Made by a program: the position numbers and the translations under genes. A DNA stretch of 64,000 bases from Synergistales bacterium (GTDB lineage: Bacteria > Synergistota > Synergistia > Synergistales > JAFGMB01). Positions 1 to 8,787 of this stretch are shown here, in pieces; positions within the stretch are counted from its first letter, which is position 1; each line of letters opens with the position of its first letter. The notes beneath the pieces are model-generated. The model searched no databases. It had not been told where the DNA came from and worked only from the letters and a program-made list of their open reading frames with translations. The stretch is taken from positions 646,611-710,610 of the forward strand of contig OY762654.1 of the NCBI GenBank assembly GCA_963666205.1, given 5' to 3'.

Positions 1-496
1 CCTCTGTCGTAATGGGCGGATCATCATCCACAATATCAAGGGTACCCGGGTCTCCTGTAAGGTCTATTGTACTTTTGACATTCGGCCGAAGTTCTAACTC
101 CCCAACCGCGGCCAGTCCGGAGGGTACCGAATAAACAACATCAAGGACCTGATCGGAACTGCTTATTCGAAGGGCAGAACCAATATTATCAACTGTGGGT
201 ATTTCGTTGAAAACAGTTCCAAAATCTGAAGAGGTATTTGGAATTCCCAGGCTCGCAGCCAGAACGGGGCCGTTCAATATCGTGAATACCATTTCTCCCC
301 TCTGGCGTGCTGCTGTAAGATCAGTATCAAGCTCATAATGACTGAGAAAGGCAGAGAACAACCCAATTACGGAACCCATTATGATAAGACCGACCACAAT
401 GACGATAAGGATCTCCACAAGAGTAAAACCATCCTTGCGCAGTCCCTTGTAATCCTTCATCTTGATAACAGAAGATTGCCTAAAGTAGGAATTCAT
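1..496 (-). CDS. Minor pilin/pseudopilin with prepilin-type N-terminal cleavage/methylation domain (PilW-like); C-terminus lies beyond the window
   Basis: Hand translation from ATG at 496 (GAGGTGAGG RBS upstream): MNSYFRQSSVIKMKDYKGLRKDG|FTLVEILIVIVVGLIIMGSV... This is a class-III G|FTLVE leader plus a hydrophobic helix. The frame stays open to position 1, so it is absent from the ORF track. Confidence 0.7.
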   Translation of the reverse strand, partial: MNSYFRQSSVIKMKDYKGLRKDGFTLVEILIVIVVGLIIMGSVIGLFSAFLSHYELDTDLTAARQRGEMVFTILNGPVLAASLGIPNTSSDFGTVFNEIPTVDNIGSALRISSSDQVLDVVYSVPSGLAAVGELELRPNVKSTIDLTGDPGTLDIVDDDPPITTE

Positions 497-505
497 AGCC
501 TCACC

Positions 506-874
506 TCAATCTAAGACTTCATTGTCCGCAAACTCGCTTATTTCCCTCTGAATGGTAAAGCTAGAATTATCACGCAACACACCATCCCAGGTAACGATCA
601 TAGTAACATTCTTTGAATGGGAATCTTCAGACACAGCCCACGACCTGGTATAAATGCCTGCCTGATCACTCGAAGTAACTATGGTGTCATAATCTCCTGC
701 TTCAAGAACATCCAGCCGTTCCGACCCAAGCATTACGGCTTTCTCCTTCTCATAGGTATGTACCATCAGTTGCGAAGAAACTATAAAAGTTGAAGCAATC
801 GCAAAAAGTGCAATGACAAGCAGGACCAGAGCAATCAATACTTCTACAAGACCGAAACCAGCTTTCCTCTTCAT
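506..874 (-). CDS. Minor pilin with prepilin-type N-terminal domain (PilV-like)
   Basis: MKRKAG|FGLVEVLIALVLLVIALFAIAS: prepilin leader with Glu at +5 and a hydrophobic helix. 122 aa. The stop lies 9 nt before the next pilin gene start. Confidence 0.7.
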   Translation of the reverse strand: MKRKAGFGLVEVLIALVLLVIALFAIASTFIVSSQLMVHTYEKEKAVMLGSERLDVLEAGDYDTIVTSSDQAGIYTRSWAVSEDSHSKNVTMIVTWDGVLRDNSSFTIQREISEFADNEVLD

Positions 875-1181
875 GGTACAACTCTCCCGATCATGACAAG
901 ACCTCTTTTCTTAGGAGCATACTGAACCTATCCTGATGGAAACGCTTAAGAACACCCTTTCCTAATCTCCAATTACTACACAAGAATATAACTATGTATT
1001 TAGTATATCTTAACTTTAAAGCAACTTCTAGTTCCAACATACTATAGCTAATGGGCCAGATAGCACAATTGATATGGGCCTTATGGTGGGTTATTACATT
1101 TACAAGATAAATCCTGCTGATGTTCGGCATGATACAATACATCTTCAGTGTAACTAAAAGGAACATCAGGGAGGAGATTCA

Positions 1182-1376
1182 TTGTCTGGAACGGAAAAAG
1201 TTAATCTAAGACCTGGTTTAAAAGTGAAAATAGTACAGAAACAGGACCAGAGATCAGGAAAACTGACTGAAGGCATTGTAAAGGATCTGCTCACAAAAAG
1301 CTCTCATCATCCACATGGGATCAAAGTGCGTCTGAATAACGGAATAGTAGGAAGGGTTAAGGAAATACTTGGATAG
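1182..1376 (+). CDS. ywbE: YwbE-family small protein (DUF2196)
   Basis: 64 aa with ...GLKVKIVQKQDQRSGKLTEGIVKDLLTKSSHHPHGIKVRLNNGIVGRVKEIL, the characteristic YwbE family pattern. TTG start. Confidence 0.7.
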   Translation: MSGTEKVNLRPGLKVKIVQKQDQRSGKLTEGIVKDLLTKSSHHPHGIKVRLNNGIVGRVKEILG

Positions 1377-1419
1377 AAATGTAATCAGGGTACCCATTAA
1401 CTATCTCACAAGGGATAAC

Positions 1420-1516
1420 CAGGTTCGAGTCATGTCTGATTGAATATAATATAAAAAAAGACGATCAGGAAATCTGACCGTCTTGTCATATTCTGGCTCC
1501 TCGGGCAGGACTCGAA
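1420..1516 (-). repeat. Direct repeat copy 1 (97 bp, identical to 1679-1775): tRNA-Asn 3' end plus downstream terminator
   Basis: CAGGTTCGAGTCATGTCTGATTGAATATAATATAAAAAAAGACGATCAGGAAATCTGACCGTCTTGTCATATTCTGGCTCCTCGGGCAGGACTCGAA occurs twice, offset by 259 bp. Confidence 0.9.
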
Positions 1517-1544
1517 TCCGCCAGCTGGCGGATTAACAGCCACC
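1494..1544 (-). pseudogene. Truncated tRNA-Asn (3' portion only: anticodon loop to CCA)
   Basis: The reverse complement reads ...GGTGGCTGTTAATCCGCCAGCTGGCGGATTCGAGTCCTGCCCGAGGAGCCA. The 3' acceptor/T-loop and the CTGTTAA anticodon loop match the intact tRNA-Asn at 1753-1828. There is no 5' acceptor or D-arm, and the T-stem is disrupted by a TCCGCCAGCTGGCGGA palindrome. Confidence 0.75.
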
Positions 1545-1678
1545 TACTTCCAGTATAGATTTACGGATAGACTCCCGACCTCGGAATGTCTTAAGCTGTA
1601 TTTCCCTTTTCATAGCCTCTGAACGAGTAGGATATTCCTCCTGATACTCCAAAGACAGCAGTTGGAGTATCCCATGAG

Positions 1679-1775
1679 CAGGTTCGAGTCATGTCTGATT
1701 GAATATAATATAAAAAAAGACGATCAGGAAATCTGACCGTCTTGTCATATTCTGGCTCCTCGGGCAGGACTCGAA
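1679..1775 (-). repeat. Direct repeat copy 2 (97 bp, identical to 1420-1516)
   Basis: Base-for-base identical to copy 1. It overlaps the 3' end of the intact tRNA-Asn and its terminator. Confidence 0.9.
1711..1742 (-). terminator. Rho-independent terminator of the tRNA array (duplicate copy at 1452-1483)
   Basis: Minus strand: AGACGGTCAG-ATTTC-CTGATCGTCT followed by TTTTTTT, directly 3' of tRNA-Asn. Confidence 0.7.
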
Positions 1776-1828
1776 CCTGCGACCTAGTGGTTAACAGCCA
1801 CCCGCTCTGCCAATTGAGCTACCGAGGA
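1753..1828 (-). tRNA. tRNA-Asn (GTT)
   Basis: 76 nt. Reverse complement TCCTCGGTAGCTCAATTGGCAGAGCGGGTGGCTGTTAACCACTAGGTCGCAGGTTCGAGTCCTGCCCGAGGAGCCA. Cloverleaf pairs, anticodon loop CT-GTT-AA, encoded CCA. Confidence 0.95.
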
Positions 1829-1855
1829 ATATTGAAACATATTGTATATATTTAG

Positions 1856-1929
1856 TGGAGGCGGCACCCGGATTCGAACCGGGGATAAAGGATTTGCAGT
1901 CCTCTGCCTTACCACTTGGCTATGCCGCC
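1856..1929 (-). tRNA. tRNA-Cys (GCA)
   Basis: 74 nt. Acceptor GGCGGCA/TGCCGCC, anticodon loop CT-GCA-AA, T-loop GGTTCGAATCC, CCA encoded. Confidence 0.95.
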
Positions 1930-1946
1930 AACAAATTTTCAGGTAA

Positions 1947-2021
1947 TGGAGCGGAAAACGGGATTCGAACCCGCGACCCCAACCTTGGCAAGGTTGTGCT
2001 CTACCGCTGAGCTATTTCCGC
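1947..2021 (-). tRNA. tRNA-Gly (GCC)
   Basis: 75 nt. Acceptor GCGGAAA/TTTCCGC, anticodon stem CAACC/GGTTG with loop TT-GCC-AA, CCA encoded. Confidence 0.95.
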
Positions 2022-2043
2022 CCGTCATTTATCGTTATCAAAA

Positions 2044-2119
<76 letters not shown>

Positions 2120-2140
2120 TCAGTGATAAGGACAAATAAA

Positions 2141-2217
2141 TGGCGGGGCTGACGAGACTCGAACTCGCGACCTCCGGCGTGACAGGCCGGCGCTCTAACC
2201 GACTGAGCTACAACCCC
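2141..2217 (-). tRNA. tRNA-Asp (GTC)
   Basis: 77 nt. Acceptor GGGGTTG/CAGCCCC (one G-U pair), anticodon stem CCGGC/GCCGG with loop CT-GTC-AC, CCA encoded. Confidence 0.93.
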
Positions 2218-2253
2218 GCATTGCAAAGATTATCAATGTCCTGCTTTAAACAA

Positions 2254-2328
2254 TGGTGGGCGGAACAGGGTTCGAACCTGTGACCCCCTGCGTGTAAGGC
2301 AGGTGTTCTTCCGCTGAACTATCCGCCC
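2254..2328 (-). tRNA. tRNA-Val (TAC)
   Basis: 75 nt. Acceptor GGGCGGA/TCCGCCC, anticodon stem CCTGC/GCAGG with loop CT-TAC-AC, CCA encoded. Confidence 0.95.
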
Positions 2329-2387
2329 TTATGCCCGCCATTACTGCCTTGACGCGAAGGATAGTATAACTAGGACTGCCTTTTATG

Positions 2388-3230
2388 TCAACACCTTTTT
2401 TCAAGGAATTTTATGGCATTTTCACCCAGGACCATTTCCTTCTGTAAATCAGTAAGGCCTGACTGTTCGAGTATTTTAACATATCTGTTACTTTTTAGTA
2501 TAGGGAAATCAGAACCATACAGGATCTTTTCTCCTATACCCGCACTGAATACCGAATCGAACATCCCCGATGTATAAAGCCATGGGGTTGCCGCGGTATC
2601 GTAGAATGTATTCTGAAGATACATTTTCATCTCCGGCATAAGCTCGTAAAGCCACAGGCCACCTCCCCAGTGAGCAAATATCACTTTTACTTCCGGATGG
2701 TTAGTACTGAAGGCGGCTGCTTCTTTCGGCCCTACGTCACCCTTCCCCCCGTATTCATGACCCACAGGCTCTGCCGAATGGAACATAAGAAACATTTCAA
2801 GTTCATCGACTAGCCCAGCTATTTTCCATGTCTGACGCATATCAGTAAGGTTAAAACCCTGGCCCTGGGGGAAAAGCTCCCCTATCCCTATAAAACCGGC
2901 CTCGGCGCATCTGCCTGCCTCTTCTTCCACTCCCCTGGAAATAGGGTTGACCACTCCCATACCCTTCAGCTTTCCAGGATATTGTCTGACAGCTTCCATG
3001 ACGTAGTCGTTACACTCCCGGCATAAGCCAATGTCATCAAAGGCGAATCCGAATATCCAGGACTGGTCAATGTTATCCTTCTCCATCTGTTCTATTACAT
3101 CTTCTGCCGTTGCCCACTTATGGACATTATTGGTTACAAGGGTTCGGAAGTGATCCTCCCTTTCAGCTATCTTTTCCCAGTTCTTTATTATTTCCGGGGG
3201 ATATACATGTACATGACAATCTATGACCAT
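2388..3230 (-). CDS. Metal-dependent amidohydrolase (Amidohydro_2 / TIM-barrel hydrolase family)
   Basis: 280 aa. N-terminal MVIDCHVHVYPPE (HxH metal motif), internal FHSAEP and FAHWGGG, C-terminal YGSDFP (Asp ligand). This is the typical amidohydrolase-2 layout. Confidence 0.7.
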   Translation of the reverse strand: MVIDCHVHVYPPEIIKNWEKIAEREDHFRTLVTNNVHKWATAEDVIEQMEKDNIDQSWIFGFAFDDIGLCRECNDYVMEAVRQYPGKLKGMGVVNPISRGVEEEAGRCAEAGFIGIGELFPQGQGFNLTDMRQTWKIAGLVDELEMFLMFHSAEPVGHEYGGKGDVGPKEAAAFSTNHPEVKVIFAHWGGGLWLYELMPEMKMYLQNTFYDTAATPWLYTSGMFDSVFSAGIGEKILYGSDFPILKSNRYVKILEQSGLTDLQKEMVLGENAIKFLEKRC

Positions 3231-3321
3231 CGAAGAGCCTCCAGATCTTTAAGTACAGATTTTACAAAACAACTTTTATTCTACTTCAGATTTCTTTGAA
3301 ATGGGAGAAAGGGAAATTGTC

Positions 3322-4026
3322 TTATTTTAATAACTGCTGTCTAAGCATCGTTACAAAATTGTGGGCAGCCCTTGCAGGTTCTGGAAGACGGTATTTTGTG
3401 CAGCAGGAAAGGACGATTTCAGGAGCCTGAACGATGGAAACCTTGTGACCGGGACTTATGTAAAGGGGACGAACGTTACTTCGGGTCCTGAGAACTGTGC
3501 CTATAATCTCTTCTCCATCATACAGGGGAACTCTGGCCCCCTTTTCGGATGGAACAGGTTCATGATTTCCCGTAAGACGGCTCTTGGCAACACCCACCGT
3601 AGGCTGGTCGATGGTTACCCCGAAATGGGATGCGAGGCCAAGGCGTCTCGGATGGGCAATCCCTGCTCCATCTACAAGCCATATATCCGGCATGTTCTGT
3701 AATTTTTCACAGGCATCCATGAGAACAGGGAGTTCACGAAAGGAAAGCAGCCCCGGAATGTAGGGAAAGGATATGTCTTTTACTGCATAAACCCTTTCCA
3801 CCACATTCCAGGTTCCGTATTCCATGATAATTATACCGGCCACGGCCATGGTTTCTTTACCGATACGAGAGTAGGACACGTCGGTACCAGCGATAGATAA
3901 TATCGAATGGATAGCAGATTGACTTAGATGGACGTTACAAGATTGTTTTTTTTGCTCTTCAATAGCCTCAATATAATAATCATTGATCTGCATCCAGCTA
4001 TAATCTCCTCCATCAGAAATATTCAT
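3322..4026 (-). CDS. nfi: Endonuclease V (deoxyinosine 3' endonuclease)
   Basis: 234 aa with the hallmarks AGTDVSY, GLLSFRELP and DGAGIAHPRRLGLASHFGV. Confidence 0.85.
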   Translation of the reverse strand: MNISDGGDYSWMQINDYYIEAIEEQKKQSCNVHLSQSAIHSILSIAGTDVSYSRIGKETMAVAGIIIMEYGTWNVVERVYAVKDISFPYIPGLLSFRELPVLMDACEKLQNMPDIWLVDGAGIAHPRRLGLASHFGVTIDQPTVGVAKSRLTGNHEPVPSEKGARVPLYDGEEIIGTVLRTRSNVRPLYISPGHKVSIVQAPEIVLSCCTKYRLPEPARAAHNFVTMLRQQLLK

Positions 4027-4128
4027 AAACTATCCCTGTCTATAGCGCTGATAGAAAAACAGAAAGGGGACCCAATAACACTCAGTCCCCTTTAGGTATG
4101 TAATTTAACTTAGTCGGATGGTGTAATC

Positions 4129-6798
4129 TTAATTCCGAACCCTCCAATAGACCTGAACAGTATCGGCGAAATCAGCAGATACATCACCTGAGTCCTCAGT
4201 TATACCGAACTCAATACCCAAGTCTTTGCTATAAACTGTACCATCTGTTTTAGGAATGTAAAGGACACCATCGGAACCAACGGTTGCCGCTACAAATTCC
4301 TCTCCAGGAAAATCAACATAATCACCATCTTCTCCCTCAGTAAGCTTAGTTGAAGCTCCGTTAACTTGTGAATCAAGAAGATCATCCATCTCTAAAGTAT
4401 AGAGTCTGCTCAAGCCAATACCATCTTCTGCAGTGGTACTATAAACAGCTAAATAGAGAACACCATCTAAAAAGAGAGGTGTAGCGACTAGTTTTTCGAA
4501 TTCATCAGCATTGGCTCCATTTCCCGTCTGAAGTTCAACTTCAAAAGAATCATCTATTTCAAAATTCCCTCCATCAATCCTGTCTTTTACCATTGTAACG
4601 GTTTCTCCAGCCTGCCCCTGAGCAGATTGAAAAGCCAGGATCTTTGGCTCATAATCTTCCGCCATATAATCACCCAAGGCTGACTCCATATCTAGAACAA
4701 ATAAATTTGTAGTATCGTGGGGGTTACTGGCGTTAAAATCTATTTCTAAAACAGCAGCCATGTAAGTATGTGTCTCTATTCCACTCTCACCCTGTTCATC
4801 AAAATAGGCAATGTCAAAATCCTGCAGAGGGGGAGCTGGATTTGTATTATGAGTTGAAATATTTGTTACAGTTGAAAAAAGTTTCCATGGATCATTCCCT
4901 GCCTGAATATTCCACAAATAACAGGACCCATTAGAAAGATAAACATAAACATCACTTAATACAGGTAACCCTCCATATTGATTAGGCTCTTTGGGATAGG
5001 CAGCAAGCATTCGGGTAGGATCCCAATCCTCAGCACTCCATTCACCATTCAGGATATACCACAAAGTCTCATCATTCCCGGAATATTGATCTGTAAACCG
5101 TTTATGCCCCTTAATATTACCTGTGAGCGGATCAAGATCATACCAGTGGTAATAATATGTTCCATAATCCTCATCATATTCCATGCCAACAATAAGAGCA
5201 TGCCAATCCAGGTTTCCCTTCTCTCCTGTCAGACCGATCAAAGGTCTGGCACAAACATAATCAAGGTAGAGATCACGAGGATTTGATGATGAGAAATTTT
5301 CTGATTCTTTATCTCTATCCCAGAAAATATTAGTTTGTTCCCATAAAAAGATCGGGTTGTCTGGATCAGTTACGTCAAATGCATATATGGCAAAGTTTTT
5401 CCCAACTTGATGAGCAGGTTCCAGTTCTTCTTCTGCCGGAGCCAGATTATAATCCTGGAGTTCCTCTCTCCACCCAGAAAGAACCTTATTCTTCAAATGG
5501 ATTCCCAGACCCGAAGTTCCGATGAGTATTCTTTTCCATTCTCCATCACTGCCATCTTCCTGGACATCATGAACAAATATGGGACCATCAAGGTTGGTCA
5601 ATCTGGGATAATACCCAAGGATTGCATTAAGGTTTTCCTGGTAAGGTGCAGTCCTTAATGCAGGTTCAGGAATCACTGCCCAATTTCGTTTGACGTATGG
5701 ATCTGTATCGGGATCATCTATGTCCAATTTGTTTAAAAGTCCATCATTGGTAGGAAGAAAAACTACAGGTTCATCTTCTGGCCAATCTTCTGGCAGTCCA
5801 TCAGGATCAACAAATCGGGTTATCCAATAGTTTGTCTTCCAAACAAGCAGAGGAGGAGCATGGCCTGAGTCCGCAAGGATTTCCCCAGCTTTAAGAGAGG
5901 TATCCGTCCCCTCAAGAAATGTATACCAGTTGATCAACCAATCAGTATAGAATTCCTGGTTCGCATAAAATTCCTCTGGTTCTCCTTCAGGATCTTCTTC
6001 ATCCTGAAAATAGAACCAGTTCTCCACATACTCCGGTGTAACGGATATATCTCTCAAGGTTGGTTTCATTCTGATACTTATAGATTCATTATCTTTTATC
6101 TTAATAAGATTCTCGTTATCTGTATCAAAAAACCTCAATCCATATCCTGTGTTTCCCAGTTCGTGATCAACTGCCAGGGTTGGAAAGGCGGTCTCATCTT
6201 CTTTCCTTAATACGTTAAGATTCCCTCCCCAGGCGGACAAGGAATTAGAAGGCTTAATAAAGGAAACCGATGCAATAACGTTCCTTCCTACACTGGTAAA
6301 GGAAAGAGGGGCGTTTGGTCTGTCTGATACTTCTGTCTGGTCTGGCCACAGGGGCCACATGGAAAGATCTGAAATAGCCGCATTCCCTTGATCTGGTGAA
6401 ACAACTATTTCAGTAATAGTTACAGAGATTGTAGCAGTGCTCATATGAGCACTGTGCTCGTTACCAACTCTTCCATTATCTTTCCGCCAATCAGTTACGG
6501 TATATTGGAAAGAGTCGGTACCAGAATAACCTGTGTCTGGAGTATAAACAACATAGCTACCTTCTGCACTAGCTGAACCATGTGAAGGATCTGAGCAATT
6601 AATAGCATAGAGTTCATCACCGTCAACATCTGTATCGTTACCAAGAACTGCGATAGAAACAGAATTATTCTCATAGGTTGTTGCAGTATCATCCTGTGCA
6701 ACTGGTGCAACATTTGCAGTAGAAATACCAGAAAGGGAAAAAAGCAGTGCTCCTAAAATGATGAATAAAGAGAACAGTAACTTCAGACAATTTCGCAC
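4129..6798 (-). CDS. Secreted PilY1/PilC-family type IV pilus tip-adhesin homologue with an N-terminal cadherin-like domain
   Basis: 889 aa. Signal peptide MRNCLKLLFSLFIILGALLFSLSGISTA. Residues ~30-105, VAPVAQDDTATTYENNSVSIAVLGNDTDVDGDELYAI...GTDSFQYTVTD, form a cadherin-like/VCBS-type module. Later motifs LPTNDGLLNKLD and NFAIYAFDVTDPDNPIFLWEQ resemble the PilY1/PilC propeller hallmark (yyALDVTdP..p.lLWE). It lies directly downstream of a PilX-like gene. Confidence 0.6.
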   Translation of the reverse strand: MRNCLKLLFSLFIILGALLFSLSGISTANVAPVAQDDTATTYENNSVSIAVLGNDTDVDGDELYAINCSDPSHGSASAEGSYVVYTPDTGYSGTDSFQYTVTDWRKDNGRVGNEHSAHMSTATISVTITEIVVSPDQGNAAISDLSMWPLWPDQTEVSDRPNAPLSFTSVGRNVIASVSFIKPSNSLSAWGGNLNVLRKEDETAFPTLAVDHELGNTGYGLRFFDTDNENLIKIKDNESISIRMKPTLRDISVTPEYVENWFYFQDEEDPEGEPEEFYANQEFYTDWLINWYTFLEGTDTSLKAGEILADSGHAPPLLVWKTNYWITRFVDPDGLPEDWPEDEPVVFLPTNDGLLNKLDIDDPDTDPYVKRNWAVIPEPALRTAPYQENLNAILGYYPRLTNLDGPIFVHDVQEDGSDGEWKRILIGTSGLGIHLKNKVLSGWREELQDYNLAPAEEELEPAHQVGKNFAIYAFDVTDPDNPIFLWEQTNIFWDRDKESENFSSSNPRDLYLDYVCARPLIGLTGEKGNLDWHALIVGMEYDEDYGTYYYHWYDLDPLTGNIKGHKRFTDQYSGNDETLWYILNGEWSAEDWDPTRMLAAYPKEPNQYGGLPVLSDVYVYLSNGSCYLWNIQAGNDPWKLFSTVTNISTHNTNPAPPLQDFDIAYFDEQGESGIETHTYMAAVLEIDFNASNPHDTTNLFVLDMESALGDYMAEDYEPKILAFQSAQGQAGETVTMVKDRIDGGNFEIDDSFEVELQTGNGANADEFEKLVATPLFLDGVLYLAVYSTTAEDGIGLSRLYTLEMDDLLDSQVNGASTKLTEGEDGDYVDFPGEEFVAATVGSDGVLYIPKTDGTVYSKDLGIEFGITEDSGDVSADFADTVQVYWRVRN

Positions 6799-6814
6799 AT
6801 TTAAACAAAGATTA

Positions 6815-7429
6815 TTAATGAATCATCACCACCATGGATTCGAGCTCGAAGCTCTTAGATCCATCCTTCGTTGACGCTGTAGAGCGAATGACAAAAGGAT
6901 GATATTTCAAACCAACACTTCCGCTGAAAGTCATTACACGGTTCGGATCTATTATCATGGAATAACCCCTTGGAACATCTATAGTGCCTCCACCATCCTC
7001 ACTGGCATCATACGGTAACCGGATTATGGGGAGATCACTGTTGTAGGTCTGACCTAAACCCATCTTATAATTACAATCAAGGATATCAACTGTCAGTTCT
7101 AGGTTTTGAGAGTCATAAATAGAAGTATCGGGTATACTGTCAATATTGCTGGCAACCAAATCAGGCTGGATCTTTGCCCTTATATCATCAAGGTCCCCAT
7201 TGTAAGTCTGCAACCCCACATACAAATCTTCACGCTCCTCATATAATCGAATTTTTCCCCATTCAATTCCGCTCTGGGCTGCGTCGTAGAGTTTCTGGTG
7301 ATCTATGGTAGCCTGGGAGGAACCAACATAGTTTGTTGTCATGTCCATTATCACTGCACTGATACCAATAATAACAACCATCAGAATAAGCACCATTCCA
7401 AGGGCAAAACCTTTTTGTTTTCGCATCAT
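6815..7429 (-). CDS. PilX-like minor pilin/pilus assembly protein
   Basis: I chose the start at MMRKQKGFALGMVLILMVVIIGISAVIMD (GAGGTG RBS 5 nt upstream) rather than the ORF-track start at 7462. The N-terminal hydrophobic segment lacks Glu+5, which is typical of the PilX_N family. The stop lies 16 nt before the PilY1-like gene. Confidence 0.55.
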   Translation of the reverse strand: MMRKQKGFALGMVLILMVVIIGISAVIMDMTTNYVGSSQATIDHQKLYDAAQSGIEWGKIRLYEEREDLYVGLQTYNGDLDDIRAKIQPDLVASNIDSIPDTSIYDSQNLELTVDILDCNYKMGLGQTYNSDLPIIRLPYDASEDGGGTIDVPRGYSMIIDPNRVMTFSGSVGLKYHPFVIRSTASTKDGSKSFELESMVVMIH

Positions 7430-7571
7430 ATAATCACCTCGAATAATGAGTATAAAGAACAAATGAAGATTCCTGACAATCTTCAGTTATATAACTTTCA
7501 CACATACAATAGACCATAGACTACGGTATTTTTTTTCAAAGTCCTTGATTTATTAAAAAATTAAAACCCAT

Positions 7572-7850
7572 TGACCTGCTCCCCGAAAAGTGGTCCAGTC
7601 GAAATGCGAAAAAGTTGTTAAAATTGGACCCATTGGGGAGGAAATGACATGAAGAAAAAAGATTTTCCGAGGAACAGATCATATCCATACTGAAAGAGAA
7701 CGAGGCTGGAATCCCGATCAGGGAACTAGCCAGGAAATACGGTTTTTGCGAACAGACCTTCTATAGATGGAAAAGCAAGTTCGGAGGCATGGAGGTAAGC
7801 GAAGCCAGGAAACTCACATTGAAAATGGACCTAATACAGGAGGCAGGTCA
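7572..7850 (+). mobile_element. Internally deleted IS3-family element (MITE-like, 279 bp) with terminal inverted repeats, a 4-bp target duplication and a frameshifted OrfA remnant
   Basis: Left end TGACCTGCTCCCCGAAAAGTGGTCCA. Right end (reverse complement) TGACCTGCCTCCTGTATTAGGTCCA. It is flanked by CCAT (7568-7571) and CCAT (7851-7854). The internal frame 7651-7815 reads ..KRFSEEQIISILKENEAGIPIRELARKYGFCEQTFYRWKSKFGGMEVSEARKL, the IS3/IS911 OrfA HTH domain. That frame has no in-frame ATG, and no OrfB is present. Confidence 0.7.
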
Positions 7851-8254
7851 CCATTAGTATCTTAATCGTAAAAAGAAATATTATATAGTCCTTTATTACT
7901 ATGTCGAGGAAATTGGCCTATTTCTACATTTCTAAGGCCCATTACACTTGCCATTTGAATCAAAAGTTTATGAGAAAAGGATTGATAACAGAAAAACCCT
8001 TCGGTTGCCCAAAGGGAAGTATAGACCCAATAAGCAGCCCGGCTGTCATAGTTAAAACACTTTAGACCCGCAGCTTTGCGTCACCACCTTTCGATGGTTT
8101 TGCCTATATAATTATACAATGTAACTCTAGGGCTTTAAGGGGGTTTGTCAATCACACTTTAGCAGTGTGAATATTCACTTTAAGGATGCAGAATCAACAT
8201 AGAGAAATCGGGGGGAATTTTAAAAAAGGAAAGATAACTGGTCTGTATAAATTC

Positions 8255-8290
8255 AAAAAAAAAAGGGGGTGGCTTTAAGCCACCCCCTTT
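8255..8290 (-). terminator. Rho-independent terminator downstream of rplL
   Basis: Minus strand: AAAGGGGGTGGCT-TAA-AGCCACCCCC followed by T10. Confidence 0.85.
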
Positions 8291-8307
8291 CATAAGCAAT
8301 GAAAGAA

Positions 8308-8685
8308 CTACTTGAGCTCGACTTCTGCTCCAACTTCTTCGAGTTTCTTCTTGAGCTCTTCAGCCTCTTCCTTGGAGACACCCTCTTTAATGGGCTTGGG
8401 AGGATTGTCGACAAGCTCTTTGGCTTCCTTGAGTCCAAGGCCTGTAAGCTCACGTACAACCTTAATGGTTGCGATCTTGTTTGATCCAACGGTCTTGTAG
8501 ATTACGTCAAACTCGGTCTGCTCTTCTTCAACAGCTGCAGCGCCAGGCATGGCACCCATCATGGGCATGGCAGCCATAGGGGCAGCAGCGGAAACACCAA
8601 ATCTGTCCTCAAGTTCCTTAACGAGCTCGGAAAGCTCAAGAACTGACATTTCTTCAATTGCCTTGATAAGATCTTCACGGTTCAT
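8308..8685 (-). CDS. rplL: 50S ribosomal protein L7/L12
   Basis: 125 aa. [36 protein letters not shown]...[19 protein letters not shown]...[18 protein letters not shown]. Confidence 0.97.
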   Translation of the reverse strand: MNREDLIKAIEEMSVLELSELVKELEDRFGVSAAAPMAAMPMMGAMPGAAAVEEEQTEFDVIYKTVGSNKIATIKVVRELTGLGLKEAKELVDNPPKPIKEGVSKEEAEELKKKLEEVGAEVELK

Positions 8686-8787
8686 AATATTTGTTTCCTC
8701 CTTAAGAAATCTTTCTTGGGTAATTTTGTATTTTCATATTGAAATCAGGCTGCGTAGAAAAGATATAGTTTTAAATATCCTTTATTC

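Noticed and set aside
891-1166. 91-aa minus-strand ORF in the gap between the pilin gene and ywbE
   Set aside because: The region is AT-rich and promoter-like. The peptide is odd and Cys/Ile-rich, with no RBS and no family resemblance. I treat it as intergenic.
7902-8066. 54-aa plus-strand ORF (MSRKLAYFYISKAHYTCHLNQKF...) right of the IS3 remnant
   Set aside because: It has no RBS, no recognisable family and no similarity to an IS3 OrfB. It is too weak to call.
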